64,000 nt of DNA from positions 1-64,000 of IMG/VR virus record IMGVR_UViG_2706795919_000001, one strand, 5' to 3'. Positions 1 to 10,130 of this stretch are shown here, in pieces. The first letter of the stretch is position 1; the number at the start of each line of letters is the position of its first letter. The position numbers and the translations under genes were made by a program. The notes under the pieces are model-generated. The model was not told where the DNA came from. It ran no database searches and was given only the letters and a program-made list of their open reading frames with translations. Source of the stretch: a virus. Taxonomy: Duplodnaviria > Caudoviricetes.

Positions 1-83
1 AGCGATCCCTCTCTCTCTGGAAATTCTGGCTCAAACTAAGGCGCCTAAGCGCGCTAAAACCGCAGCTCAGGAGGCATTTACCT

Positions 84-473
84 ATGGGACGTAACGCGCC
101 AGGCGCATACAGGGGTGGAAGCCGGGGAAGGGACTCCCGGAAGGGCACCAGGGAAGAGTTTGAGCAGAAGCGGCCCAAAGACCGGTCGAACTTCGGCCAG
201 ATATCGGCGGCTGCGGCTGAGAACGGGTGGAAGGTGCTCAGTAAGCGCGACTTCCCCATGAGTCGAGCGCACCCGCAGTACGTCTCCTATGAGCGTCCGG
301 ACGGAATCAGGGTCCAGGTTTTCTTTACGTCTACTGGCCGGGTCGGTCAGGCCGCGATTGCGAACAGTAACCGCGAGATTATTGGCGACATTATGCCTAA
401 ACACGGCGATAAGCGCGAAAAGGTTGTCCGTTGGCTTAACGGCTCGGGTAGCAGCGTGTTTCGGAAGGGGTAA
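84..473 (+). CDS. hypothetical protein
   Basis: 129-aa ORF, first gene of the rightward operon; no recognisable motif. Confidence 0.7.
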   Translation: MGRNAPGAYRGGSRGRDSRKGTREEFEQKRPKDRSNFGQISAAAAENGWKVLSKRDFPMSRAHPQYVSYERPDGIRVQVFFTSTGRVGQAAIANSNREIIGDIMPKHGDKREKVVRWLNGSGSSVFRKG

Positions 474-480
474 TTGACTT

Positions 481-852
481 ATGGCGAAGGAAAACGGCGT
501 TCCACCTGGCCTTAACTTGGCCGGTATTGACCTCTGGCTTGCTATTGCCGAGGAAAGGGAACTTGACGCTCCGGCCAAGGTGCTTCTGCTCAATGCTTGC
601 CGGATCGCGGACAGGCTAGATCAGCTTGATAAGGAAATCGACGGGCGGTTGCTTTCGTACAACCAGCGCGGCGACGAGGTTATTAACCCGCTTATCTCTG
701 AGCACCGGCAGCAGTACACGACTCTTGCCAACATTTTGTCGAAGATGGGCCTGGGCGAGCTTCCGAAGGCGAAGCAAGAGGACTCCCGTTGGGATGAGCT
801 AGCCAAGAAGAGGGCTGAGCGCGCCGCTAAGGCGGCAGAGAAGGCGTCCTAG
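481..852 (+). CDS. terminase small subunit
   Basis: LLLNACRIADRLDQL...INPLISEHRQQ...LGL pattern of P27-type small terminases; upstream of TerL. Confidence 0.8.
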   Translation: MAKENGVPPGLNLAGIDLWLAIAEERELDAPAKVLLLNACRIADRLDQLDKEIDGRLLSYNQRGDEVINPLISEHRQQYTTLANILSKMGLGELPKAKQEDSRWDELAKKRAERAAKAAEKAS

Positions 853-856
853 ATAG

Positions 857-1045
857 ATGGGTGCCGGGATGCTCAATCGGTCGTCTAAATGGCGCTCCTG
901 CGGCTGTTGTCCCGTCTGGCGTATTCCGGGCGGGCGCGCGTACGAGAAGCGCCAATGGCAGGCCGAGGACTGGGACGAGGAATACACGGAGGCTGAGTAC
1001 CGCGCGTTGACGCGACTCGCCATTGAAAGGGTGAACAGTGAGTAG
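857..1045 (+). CDS. small hypothetical protein
   Basis: 62-aa ORF packed between TerS and the next gene. Confidence 0.5.
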   Translation: MGAGMLNRSSKWRSCGCCPVWRIPGGRAYEKRQWQAEDWDEEYTEAEYRALTRLAIERVNSE

Positions 1046-1196
1046 CGAGAATGGCGCGTACCGGCCCGCTGAGGCTCAGTGCCTTAAGCGGGGCTGCGAG
1101 GGCGACGTTTGCGACTTCACGTCCACTTACGGACGGGTCTACAAGTGCGTTGAGTGTGGGGAGGTAGCCACTAGCGCGCGGCTGAACTTCGACTAA
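1038..1196 (+). CDS. small Zn-ribbon-like protein (52 aa)
   Basis: GTG at 1038, CLKRGC...CVEC; TAA overlaps TerL ATG (TAATG); read by hand, below the ORF-track cutoff. Confidence 0.55.
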   Translation: MSSENGAYRPAEAQCLKRGCEGDVCDFTSTYGRVYKCVECGEVATSARLNFD

Positions 1197-2761
1197 TGGC
1201 GATGCAGATAGTCGAGAGCATCCCGACTATCCGGTCCGTCACGGTTGAGGATGAGCTTTGGATTCCGATTGAAGAGAAAGCTAAGGAATGGAAGGCGAAG
1301 GGGCTTGTTGGCCTCCAAACGCCCCGGCTTAGCAACTACCCGACGTTCTTTACCTCGCTTGAGGACGACGGGATGGACTTCATTGAGGCATACGGTTATG
1401 ACCTACTGCCCTGGCAAGAGGCTATCTTCCGGGCGTCTCTAGGCCGTAACGAAAAGGACCGCTGGTCGGCCCGCCAGGTGTGCCTAATCGTGACCAGACA
1501 GCAGGGTAAGACGGAGCTTCTGGAAGCGCGCGAGTTTTTCGGGCTGTTCGGCCTTAACGAGAAGATTTTCCACACGTCGCAGCAGGCTAAGACGAACACG
1601 CAGGCTTGGCAGGCACTAACGAGCAAGATCGACTCCTATCCCGACTTGGAAGAGTTGGTGATGCGCCATAAGAACGGCGGCGAAGAGGTTTCGATCCGGC
1701 TTAAGAAAACCGCTAAGAACCCTGAGCCGGGTTATGTGCGCTACATTGCGCGCTCTCCTGACTCTGGTCGTGGTTTCCGTGACATTGACTTGGTGATGTG
1801 CGACGAGGCGTATGCACTCACTGCCGCTGAAATTGCCTCTCTTGGCCCTACGCAGCGTGCTAACCGCAATCCGCAGACTTGGTTCACCAGTTCTGCCGGT
1901 ACGGAGGACTCGGAAATCCTGAGCGGTATCCGGGACGCTGGGATCGCCCACGCTAACGATGCTCTGCTTTTCGCTGAGTGGTCGTTGCTTGAGGGGGAGG
2001 ACCCGGAGGACCGGTCGCTGTGGCCTTTGGCTCAGCCGTCGCTAGGTGCTCCGTTCTGTTCGATTGAGAACCTTGAGGCTGAGTTTGTCCAGCTTCCGTT
2101 TGTGGAGTTCGCCCGCGAGCACATGGGCATGTGGGACGACCCGCGCGTTAACTCGGTTATCCCGTTCGACGCTTGGGAGGCTTGCAAGCTAGAGGACTTG
2201 CCTAACGGCGAGCAGCCAACCGTTGACGTTGAGTGGACGGTGGCGAGCGTGGACGTGGCTCCGGATCGCGCCTGGGGGTCTATTGCCCTGGCTGGTAAGC
2301 GTCCGGATGGCCGGTCGCATGTTGAGGTCATCGTTCAGGACAAGGGTGTCAATTGGATCGTCCCGACGATGCAGCGGCTTATCAGTTCCAGTAATCCACC
2401 TAAGGCGGTGGCATTGCAGGCCGGTGCCCAGGCTGGCGCGTTCTACGCGGAGCTTGAGCAGATCGGTTACAAGGTCCACATGCTTACCCCGCAGGAGATT
2501 GCGGCGGCGACGGCGAAGTTCTACGACGACGTTGTGGGCGGGAAGCTGACGCACCTTGACGACGACACGTTGGTTAAGGGTTTGGCCGGTGCCACTAAGT
2601 ACCCAATCGGAAAGATCGAAATGGGTGGTTGGGGCTGGCTCCGTAAAGGGACCAACGTCGATATCACTGGCATTGTCGCGTGTTCTTACGCCAACCGGAT
2701 TCTCACATTGGAGTCGGCTGAGGAATCGCTGACCAAAAAGAAGCGATACAGGATGGTGTAA
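1196..2761 (+). CDS. terL: terminase large subunit
   Basis: Walker A-like RQQGKT, Walker B LVMCDEA, C-terminal nuclease domain (VDVAPD...DITG). Confidence 0.95.
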   Translation: MAMQIVESIPTIRSVTVEDELWIPIEEKAKEWKAKGLVGLQTPRLSNYPTFFTSLEDDGMDFIEAYGYDLLPWQEAIFRASLGRNEKDRWSARQVCLIVTRQQGKTELLEAREFFGLFGLNEKIFHTSQQAKTNTQAWQALTSKIDSYPDLEELVMRHKNGGEEVSIRLKKTAKNPEPGYVRYIARSPDSGRGFRDIDLVMCDEAYALTAAEIASLGPTQRANRNPQTWFTSSAGTEDSEILSGIRDAGIAHANDALLFAEWSLLEGEDPEDRSLWPLAQPSLGAPFCSIENLEAEFVQLPFVEFAREHMGMWDDPRVNSVIPFDAWEACKLEDLPNGEQPTVDVEWTVASVDVAPDRAWGSIALAGKRPDGRSHVEVIVQDKGVNWIVPTMQRLISSSNPPKAVALQAGAQAGAFYAELEQIGYKVHMLTPQEIAAATAKFYDDVVGGKLTHLDDDTLVKGLAGATKYPIGKIEMGGWGWLRKGTNVDITGIVACSYANRILTLESAEESLTKKKRYRMV

Positions 2762-4405
2762 ATGGCTATTGAGCTACCGGAGTCAATCTCCGATGGTGAG
2801 GTTAAGAAGTTCATTGAGAACGTGCTATGGCCGGAGTTCGTTAAGAAGCGCGAGGGTCTGGACAAGATCGCTAAGTGGGCGCGCGGTGACCAGCCGGATT
2901 ATCTGATTCAGAACGCTAATGCGGAGAAGCGGGCGCTGCTTAAGCTCGCTAAGACGCCTTGGTTGGGTCTTGTGGTTACGCACTTCACGCAGGCGCTCTT
3001 TGTGGACGGCTACCGCGCGGAAGGTGCTAAGGAAAACGCTAGCGGTCCGTGGCAGACGTGGAACGCGAACAACATGCAGTCGCGGCAGATCGGTATTCAC
3101 CGGGCCGCGCTGACGTACGGGTACGCATTCGCACGCGTTTTGCCTGGTACGGCGCTTGACGGTGCCAACCAGGCTGAAATCCGCGGTGTGTCTCCGCGTC
3201 GGCTCCTGGCCCTCTATGAGGATCACGTCAACGACGAGTACCCGAAGTACGCGCTAGAGCTGGCTAACAACGGTAAGTACGTGCGGCTCTACGACGAGAA
3301 CCACTACTGGGAACTTAAGATGCCGCATCCGGGCCAGTTCCGGAATGAGGACACTCCTAAGAAGTACCGGCACGGCGTGGGCGTGTGTCCGTTTGTGCGC
3401 TACCTGAACATGCAGGACTTGGACGGCTTCACGATGGGTGAGGTTGAGTACCTGATCCCGGTTGCGTCGAAGATCGACAAGACGGACTACGACCGGCTGC
3501 TAGCGCAGCATTACAACTCTTGGAAGGTTAAGACTGCTACCGGCATCGACGACCTTGACGGGGATGCGACGGAAGAGGACCAGGCGCGCGCGAAGCTGAT
3601 CCTGGCTCACGACGACATTCTGATGCACGGTAACGAGCAAGCTAGGTTCGGGACCTTGCCGGAGACGAGCCTTGACGGCTTTATCGCGGCGCATGTGCAG
3701 GACGTTGAAATCCTCGCTACGAACGCTCAGGTCCCGGTGTGGGTCCTTAATGGGTCGCTCGCCAATCTCTCGGGAGACGCGCTTACAGCGGCCACTAAGA
3801 GCACTATTCAGAAGCTCTACGAACGGCAGATCACGTTTGGCTCGGCGCACAACCAGCTTCTACGGCTGGCGGCGCACGTTGAGGGTGATAAGGCGGGCGC
3901 GCGTGACTTCACGGCCAGTGTGTCGTGGCAGGACACGTCGGTTCGCTCGCTTGCTCAGGCTGTGGATGCTTACGGCAAGGCCGCGACGATGCTCGGTATG
4001 CCGAAGGAATTCCTGTGGGGTCTGATTCCGGGGATTACTAAGACGGACGTTGAGCAGATGCGCCAGCACTTCAACGATGACGACGACATGACGCAGATGC
4101 TTCTTTGGTGGACTGCTAATGGCCCTGGTGGTCAGTTCGCAGCCGATATTGAGGTTGATACGCAGGAGCGCGTGATCGAAGCGCAGGGGGCAGTCCAGAA
4201 GGACTTGCAGGACGCTCAGGCTAAGGCTCAGAAAGAGCTAGCTAAGCAGAACGCGGAAGCGCAGGCGAAGGCGGCGGCTCAGGCCGCGCGTGCTCAGCCT
4301 GCCACTCCGGCCTCCGGTGCGCGCAAAACGTCGAGCACTAGCAAGCGGACGCCTAAGAAATCTGGCGGGGTTAACGGTAACGACCCGTCGAGTAGGGCGG
4401 CATAA
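2762..4405 (+). CDS. portal protein
   Basis: 547 aa after TerL; SPP1 gp6-like motifs (HRAALTYG, GVCPFVRY, NLSGDAL). Confidence 0.9.
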   Translation: MAIELPESISDGEVKKFIENVLWPEFVKKREGLDKIAKWARGDQPDYLIQNANAEKRALLKLAKTPWLGLVVTHFTQALFVDGYRAEGAKENASGPWQTWNANNMQSRQIGIHRAALTYGYAFARVLPGTALDGANQAEIRGVSPRRLLALYEDHVNDEYPKYALELANNGKYVRLYDENHYWELKMPHPGQFRNEDTPKKYRHGVGVCPFVRYLNMQDLDGFTMGEVEYLIPVASKIDKTDYDRLLAQHYNSWKVKTATGIDDLDGDATEEDQARAKLILAHDDILMHGNEQARFGTLPETSLDGFIAAHVQDVEILATNAQVPVWVLNGSLANLSGDALTAATKSTIQKLYERQITFGSAHNQLLRLAAHVEGDKAGARDFTASVSWQDTSVRSLAQAVDAYGKAATMLGMPKEFLWGLIPGITKTDVEQMRQHFNDDDDMTQMLLWWTANGPGGQFAADIEVDTQERVIEAQGAVQKDLQDAQAKAQKELAKQNAEAQAKAAAQAARAQPATPASGARKTSSTSKRTPKKSGGVNGNDPSSRAA

Positions 4406-4421
4406 CTAAAGAGGGGGTTGA

Positions 4422-5492
4422 GTGGCTGAGGCCGACGAACAGGATAAGGCCACTTCCCCGCTAATCGCGGTGCCTGCCTTGGCTGAGCTATATGCAACTG
4501 AGCATGTGCTCGCCCAGGAGGCTATCGCGGCTAGCACCACGGCAGGCTTAGCTCTGTTGTGGCCGATTATCCAATTCGATGCTCTGGACAGTTCGACAAC
4601 GGCATGGCTGCACGCAACCACGCTACAAATCAGAATGGGCTATGAACAATCAGCCGACGCGGCGTTTGAGTACGTGCAGAAGGCGTTGTTCGCGGCTGTT
4701 CCAGATGCAGACCCGCCAGTAAAGGCGGCGGTTAATTTCCCAGCGCAGGAAATCCAAACTGCGATGCGGGTTAAGGGTCCTGTCCAGGTGAAGCGCGCCG
4801 TAGCGCGCGCGATCCCGGAAGAGGACGCTATGGAAGCCGGTAACGCGGCCTCACAAGGTGTGGGTGCTGCTAAGGCGACTGACGGCGGTCGCGCACAGGT
4901 TCTTGACTTCGTTGCTAAGCAGGCGGCTAAAGAGTTCAAGGCTGCGGAGAAATCCGGGGCTAAGGGCAAGCCTGCTATTGGCTACGCACGCAAGACCGAC
5001 TCAAATCCGTGCTCATTCTGCGCCATTCTGGCGTCACAAGGGGCGGTGTACTACAAAGAGACTGCTTTCGCGGCTAGTTCTAACAAAATCCGCGAAGTTA
5101 AGTGGTCTAGCAATAGCGACAAGGGCACGAAGCGCGCGTTCATAGGTGATGGCCCGGCCAAGGTGCATGACAACTGTAAATGCACTATGCGACCGGTCTT
5201 TAGTCAAAGAGACAAATGGGATGAGCGCGCTAAGTATTTCCTTGAACAGTGGGAAACGTACGGCAAGGCGGGAGTGGGCGAGGACGGTAAGTACCGATCC
5301 GCAGAGCTTAACTTCCGTCGCAATTACGTACCTCCACCACCTTACAGCGCAGATGTGCTGGATTTAAGCGAGCGTCGGCAGGTTATCGCTGATGTTCAAC
5401 GAAACCGTGAGCTTCTACTAGCTCGCGGCTTCGCGGCGGATTCGCCAAACGTCAAATTCATTGACGACTCAATTAAGAAACTGAGCGCTTAG
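4422..5492 (+). CDS. capsid maturation / MuF-like minor capsid protein
   Basis: CSFCAILASQG and HDNCKC motifs; follows portal. Confidence 0.75.
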   Translation: MAEADEQDKATSPLIAVPALAELYATEHVLAQEAIAASTTAGLALLWPIIQFDALDSSTTAWLHATTLQIRMGYEQSADAAFEYVQKALFAAVPDADPPVKAAVNFPAQEIQTAMRVKGPVQVKRAVARAIPEEDAMEAGNAASQGVGAAKATDGGRAQVLDFVAKQAAKEFKAAEKSGAKGKPAIGYARKTDSNPCSFCAILASQGAVYYKETAFAASSNKIREVKWSSNSDKGTKRAFIGDGPAKVHDNCKCTMRPVFSQRDKWDERAKYFLEQWETYGKAGVGEDGKYRSAELNFRRNYVPPPPYSADVLDLSERRQVIADVQRNRELLLARGFAADSPNVKFIDDSIKKLSA

Positions 5493-5547
5493 CTCAGGAC
5501 GCGGAACAGTCGCGCATATTTCTGACTGGTTTATTTAAGGATGACTA

Positions 5548-6147
5548 ATGTCTGATATTGATACTCCTGATACCCCCGATACGCCGGATACCCCGGACGA
5601 TGGTGGTAAGGAAACTCCGTCCTTTAAGGCTATTACCTCGCAAGAGGACTTCGATAAGGCTGTTCAGCGGCGTCTAGCGCGCGAAGCCAAGAAGTACGAG
5701 GGCTTTGACGACTTTAAGGCTAAGGCCGCTGAGTTGGACAAGCTACAGGCTGAAAAGGGTTCGGACATTGAGAAGCTGACCCGTCGTGCCGAGAAGGCCG
5801 AAAAGGATTTGGCTTCTCTAACGGAAAAGCTGACTAAGGCTGAGCGCCTTGAGCTTGTCCGGGATATCGCTGACGAACTGGGCCTGCCTAAGAAGCTGGT
5901 CAAGCGCGTTGCGGGCGATACCGAAGAGGACATTCGCGCAGACATTGAGGACCTTATGGACGGTCTGCCTAAGAGTGAAAAGAAGGACGCGCCTAAGGAC
6001 GACGAGGACGGTAAGAAGCCGCCCTCAAATCAGCCGAAGGCACGCATGACGTTTACCACGCCTGGTGAGGACACCGACGAGGTTTCCGTTAGCGCGGACG
6101 ACATTCTTAAGGACCTTCCGCGTGGCGGTGGGCTTAGGGCTTCCTAA
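5548..6147 (+). CDS. capsid scaffolding protein
   Basis: SQEDFDKAVQRRLARE motif, acidic coiled-coil, precedes major capsid; N-terminal DTP repeats. Confidence 0.85.
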   Translation: MSDIDTPDTPDTPDTPDDGGKETPSFKAITSQEDFDKAVQRRLAREAKKYEGFDDFKAKAAELDKLQAEKGSDIEKLTRRAEKAEKDLASLTEKLTKAERLELVRDIADELGLPKKLVKRVAGDTEEDIRADIEDLMDGLPKSEKKDAPKDDEDGKKPPSNQPKARMTFTTPGEDTDEVSVSADDILKDLPRGGGLRAS

Positions 6148-6206
6148 GCGTTCCGTCTCTCTTAATTCCCATTTCCGTAGTTAACAACTAAATAAAGGAG
6201 AGCATT

Positions 6207-7367
6207 TTGCCTACTCCCGCACATATCTTTGTCAAGCCGGAGCTTGTCGCTGAGATTGGCGTTAAGCAGCTTCAGCGCGAAATCGTGCTTCCCGGCCTTG
6301 TGTGGACTAACCCGCTGACCAACTTCGGCGGTTCGCAGGGCGACACCATTACGGTGCGCGTGCCTGCCATCACCACGGCTAACCGGCGCGACCTGCGTTC
6401 GGAGGACCGTACCGTCGTGGCGAGCGAGCTGGTTGAGCACTCGTTCGGCGTGACGCTTGATAAGCACATCTACCACGCGCTCAAGTTCACGGACGAGCAG
6501 CGCACGTTGGATATCCGCGACTACTCGCAGCAGGTTCTTATGCCTCAGGTGAGCGCGGTTGCTTACGAGCTTGAGGACTACATCGCGGAGCTTATTGAGG
6601 GTGCGCCTTACGAGGAAACCATTCTCATTGATCCTGCCGATACGGTCCCTGCGTTCATCACGGCTGATCAGCGCATGGGTGAGGCCAAGGTTCCTACCGA
6701 TGGCCGCACGCTGGTTGTTGGTTCGGCTGTCGCTGCGGCGCTGGCTAAGGACAAGCAGTTCCGTCACGCTGACTGGTCGGGCGACATGGCTAACTCGGCT
6801 CTGCGCGAGGCTCACGTTGGGCGTCTGGCGGGCATGAACGTCATTAAGTCGCTGGCTATCGCCCCTGATAAGGCGTACCTGTGGCACCGTACGGCGTTCA
6901 TCCTGGCTTACCGGACCCCGGTTGTGCCTGAGGGTGCTAAGGCTGGTGCTTCGTTCAGCGCTAACGGCGTTGCGCTGCGCTGGCTGGCCGACTACGACTA
7001 CTCGCAGCTTGGCGACCGTACCCTTCTGGACGTGTTCGCTGGCCGCAAGGTCGTGAGCGAGGTTGACGGTTCGTTCGTTCGCGCGGTTGAGCTTCAACTG
7101 ACGAGCGAGAGCATCACGGTTGTTGGTGGCAACTTCGCCCTGGCGACCCGGACGGCCACGAAGCAGCTTAAGGTCCGCGATAGCAACGGCACCGACGTTA
7201 CGGCGCGCTGCACGTTCGCTTCGGCTGACGCCACCAAGGCGACGGTCGGCGCTTCGACGGGTCTGATTACGGGTGTTGCTGCCGGTACTTCGGTGATCAC
7301 CGCTTCTTACGTGCCGCCGCAGGGTGGTACCGCTAAGACGGCCACCGTTACGGTCACCGTTCCGTAA
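6207..7367 (+). CDS. major capsid protein with C-terminal Ig-like domain
   Basis: GDTITVRVP capsid motif; strong RBS AAGGAG; C-terminal Big_2-like ATVGASTGLITGVAAGTSVITA. Confidence 0.9.
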   Translation: MPTPAHIFVKPELVAEIGVKQLQREIVLPGLVWTNPLTNFGGSQGDTITVRVPAITTANRRDLRSEDRTVVASELVEHSFGVTLDKHIYHALKFTDEQRTLDIRDYSQQVLMPQVSAVAYELEDYIAELIEGAPYEETILIDPADTVPAFITADQRMGEAKVPTDGRTLVVGSAVAAALAKDKQFRHADWSGDMANSALREAHVGRLAGMNVIKSLAIAPDKAYLWHRTAFILAYRTPVVPEGAKAGASFSANGVALRWLADYDYSQLGDRTLLDVFAGRKVVSEVDGSFVRAVELQLTSESITVVGGNFALATRTATKQLKVRDSNGTDVTARCTFASADATKATVGASTGLITGVAAGTSVITASYVPPQGGTAKTATVTVTVP

Positions 7368-7377
7368 GTAGCTCCTA

Positions 7378-7854
7378 ATGGCGGGTCTAGCGACTATTGG
7401 TCAGCTACAGACCCTCATGTCTACGACGTTTCCTGAGGGGAGCGATGAGCTAGCGCAGGCCGAGCTTGTGCTAGCCATCGTTTCCTCTTGGGCGCGGGTG
7501 GTGTCGGGTCGAGCGTGGCCCGACGCCCCTGCGGGCGTCCCAGAGGACGTGACGGCTGTGGTGTTGCAGGCGTCTCGCCGGGAGCTTAAAAACCCTGACC
7601 GCGTTATCTCGCGGCAGATGGGTCCGTTTAACGTGCAGTTCTCCGCGCCACCGGACGGGTTCTTTTACCCGGCTGAGTTGGCGATCCTTAGGCGCTTCAA
7701 GCGCTCCGGGGGGTTGCAGACGGTAAGCGTTTCTCGCGGCGAGGACGGACGGCCTTGGGCCGGTAATACGGGATTCCTGCATCACGGCGAAGGGGACGGA
7801 CTGTTCCCGTTCTGTGGTGGGGATGAAGGATACGGAGACGCGGTTCCCTGGTGA
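7378..7854 (+). CDS. head-to-tail adaptor
   Basis: RELKNPD...QMGPF motif; synteny. Confidence 0.75.
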   Translation: MAGLATIGQLQTLMSTTFPEGSDELAQAELVLAIVSSWARVVSGRAWPDAPAGVPEDVTAVVLQASRRELKNPDRVISRQMGPFNVQFSAPPDGFFYPAELAILRRFKRSGGLQTVSVSRGEDGRPWAGNTGFLHHGEGDGLFPFCGGDEGYGDAVPW

Positions 7855-8189
7855 ATGAGGAAACTTTAACGGTCACTCGGGGTGACACCGATAAGTACGG
7901 CAATCCCAACAAAGAGGCTCACGGCACCGTTAAGGGCATCTTCGCGTGGGGACCCGGTACTTCTACTAACAAGTTCGGGCGTGACCGGAACTTTAAGGGC
8001 GAGTCCAACTCTCTGACGGCTGAGCTTTACGTGAAGCGGGGGAGCGACCTTAAGGCGAGGGATCGCGTACAGCGTGCTAACGGTGAGCTTTACGCCGTCG
8101 TGGGGCACGCAGCGTGGGACCAGAACGACCCGTTCGGCGGGTACGACTTCGGTTACATGGTGTTTCAGGTTGAGGCGGTGAATGCGTAA
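7851..8189 (+). CDS. head-to-tail stopper
   Basis: DKYGNP motif, size and synteny. Confidence 0.7.
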   Translation: MNEETLTVTRGDTDKYGNPNKEAHGTVKGIFAWGPGTSTNKFGRDRNFKGESNSLTAELYVKRGSDLKARDRVQRANGELYAVVGHAAWDQNDPFGGYDFGYMVFQVEAVNA

Positions 8190-8605
8190 TGCAGGCAGGC
8201 CAGACCATTGGGCACCGGCTGATCGACGTTGATGTTCCTAAGCCCAATAAGGGGCTAGCGGAGCTTCTGCTAAGCGACAACATGATGCTCCTAATGGACA
8301 TTATGGGCATGGAAGTCGTGATGCAGTACCGCGCTAAGGTCGCTAAGCGTACCGGCAAGCTGATGGCTTCGGCTGAGTCCAAGCCCAAAATCGGCGGTCA
8401 CGCTAATGACCGGTGGGTTGGTTACGTCACTATCGGTGGCGAGGGTCCGGTGGCTAAGTGGTATAGCCCGCGCAACCCTAACCCTGGCGATTTGTTCTAT
8501 TACGGCGTTCTGCATGAGCACGGCGACGGCGGCAATCCCCCTTCGGGTTGGGACTTTCCGGCGCACAAGGACTTGCGGGCCGCTGTTATTGCTGCGGGTC
8601 TTTAA
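8189..8605 (+). CDS. virion neck / tail completion protein
   Basis: KRTGKLMAS and YGVLHEHG motifs typical of HK97 gp10-like proteins; synteny. Confidence 0.6.
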   Translation: MQAGQTIGHRLIDVDVPKPNKGLAELLLSDNMMLLMDIMGMEVVMQYRAKVAKRTGKLMASAESKPKIGGHANDRWVGYVTIGGEGPVAKWYSPRNPNPGDLFYYGVLHEHGDGGNPPSGWDFPAHKDLRAAVIAAGL

Positions 8606-8614
8606 GGGGGGTTA

Positions 8615-9100
8615 ATGGCGTTGGAGTTACCGGATTGGTACGAGGACCCATTCGTAAACGTCGAGAACTTGTTCATTGACATTTTCTCGGCCCTGTTGCC
8701 TGGTGTGATTACCGGGTGTTGGGCACCTGACGACTGGCTAGAGCAGGCGACTCCTGATCCGACGCTCTGGTTTTTCCGGCTTCCGGGAGGCCAGGTCGAT
8801 TTCCAGGGTCGAAAGGATGAGTGCCAGTTACAAGCCACGATTGTTACGGGTAGCCGTGACGATTCGTGGGCGCTAATGAACTTCGTCCGCGCAATGCTTC
8901 TGCCTTTGCAGGGCGACAAGTTCAAGATGGCTGACGGTTATACGGCGCAGATTCGTTGTGCCGGGGAGATTTCCGGGCCGCAGCTACTAACGCCGGGACA
9001 GCGCATTGATAACCGTGTGATTAACGCGGTGTTCAAGGTCTCGGTGAACCTGAAAACCGCAAAGGACTACAAGCAGTATTTCTATGCAGCGAGTTCTTAG
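8615..9100 (+). CDS. tail terminator
   Basis: Immediately upstream of major tail protein; typical size. Confidence 0.65.
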   Translation: MALELPDWYEDPFVNVENLFIDIFSALLPGVITGCWAPDDWLEQATPDPTLWFFRLPGGQVDFQGRKDECQLQATIVTGSRDDSWALMNFVRAMLLPLQGDKFKMADGYTAQIRCAGEISGPQLLTPGQRIDNRVINAVFKVSVNLKTAKDYKQYFYAASS

Positions 9101-9129
9101 CGCATAACTAAATAGAGGGACAACTGAAT

Positions 9130-10029
9130 ATGACGGATTTTTACACGATTAAGGACGCGCAGGCTGATCTTGCTATCGCCCCGCTTAACCTGACCGTGCT
9201 TCTGGCTCCGTACAGCACGACTCCGGCGCTTACGCTTGAGTCGCCTACGGACGGCTCGCTGACTATCCCTGAGGGGTATAAGTCGGTTGGTCACTTCCAG
9301 AAGGCCGCAGGTCTGACGCTGGGCAACGAGTTTGACAGCAAGGACATTGAGGCTTACGGCGAGCCTGAGCCTATCCGGACGATCATCAACAAGCGGACCA
9401 CGACGTTCGACTTTTCGATGTACCAGAACCAGCGCAACGTGCTGGAACTGATCTGGACGCAGGACTTCTCTGACGTTCAGCCTTCGGAGTTCGGTGGCAT
9501 CGTTCTTGAGGCTCCTAAGGTGCCTAAGAACATCTACTACCGCGCGATCCTGGTTGGCCTTGACGACCGTAACGACCGCGAGGTTTGGGTCTACTGGCTG
9601 ATGCCGAAGGTGAAGCTGGACAAGCTGGACAACCAGACGCTCAATGACGACAACGTTCTTGAGTACAAGCCGACGCTTAAGGCGTTCCGTGACGACACGG
9701 CGGGCTACTCGGTGGCTCAGGGCTTCGCGGGTCCGGGTTGGCGCGACATTGTGGCGCAGGCTGGCTTTGGTCAGTCGCTTACCGCTCTGACGATTACGCC
9801 TGGCTCGCCTGCGGTGACGGTTGCTACCGGTGCTTCGCACACGGCTCAGCTTCTGGTTGAGGGCGATAACGGTATCAACTACACGCCTGACGTGGTGTTC
9901 ACGTCGAGCGATCCGACCAAGGCGACCGTTTCGGCGTCGGGTCTGGTGACCGGTGTTGCGGCGGGTTCCGTGACGATCACGGCTAAGAAGGGTGCGCTTG
10001 AAGCTACGGCTTCGGTGACCGTTTCCTAA
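9130..10029 (+). CDS. major tail protein with C-terminal Ig-like domain
   Basis: Synteny; C-terminal FTSSDPTKATVSASGLVTGVAAG (Big_2-like). Confidence 0.9.
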   Translation: MTDFYTIKDAQADLAIAPLNLTVLLAPYSTTPALTLESPTDGSLTIPEGYKSVGHFQKAAGLTLGNEFDSKDIEAYGEPEPIRTIINKRTTTFDFSMYQNQRNVLELIWTQDFSDVQPSEFGGIVLEAPKVPKNIYYRAILVGLDDRNDREVWVYWLMPKVKLDKLDNQTLNDDNVLEYKPTLKAFRDDTAGYSVAQGFAGPGWRDIVAQAGFGQSLTALTITPGSPAVTVATGASHTAQLLVEGDNGINYTPDVVFTSSDPTKATVSASGLVTGVAAGSVTITAKKGALEATASVTVS

Positions 10030-10041
10030 GTCGCTTTTAAC

Positions 10042-10089
10042 GGGGAATGAGGGGGAGCGGTCATATAGCGGGCCGCTCCCCCTTACCTC
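10042..10089 (+). promoter_or_regulatory. strong hairpin between major tail and chaperone genes
   Basis: GGGGGAGCGGTC-ATATAGCG-GGCCGCTCCCCC inverted repeat. Confidence 0.6.
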
Positions 10090-10130
10090 GTCGTCTCAAA
10101 AAATAACTAACACTAAGGGGATATATTCTT

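Noticed and set aside
5560-5600. GATACNCCN tandem repeat
   Set aside because: Encodes DTP repeats in the disordered N-terminus of the scaffold protein.
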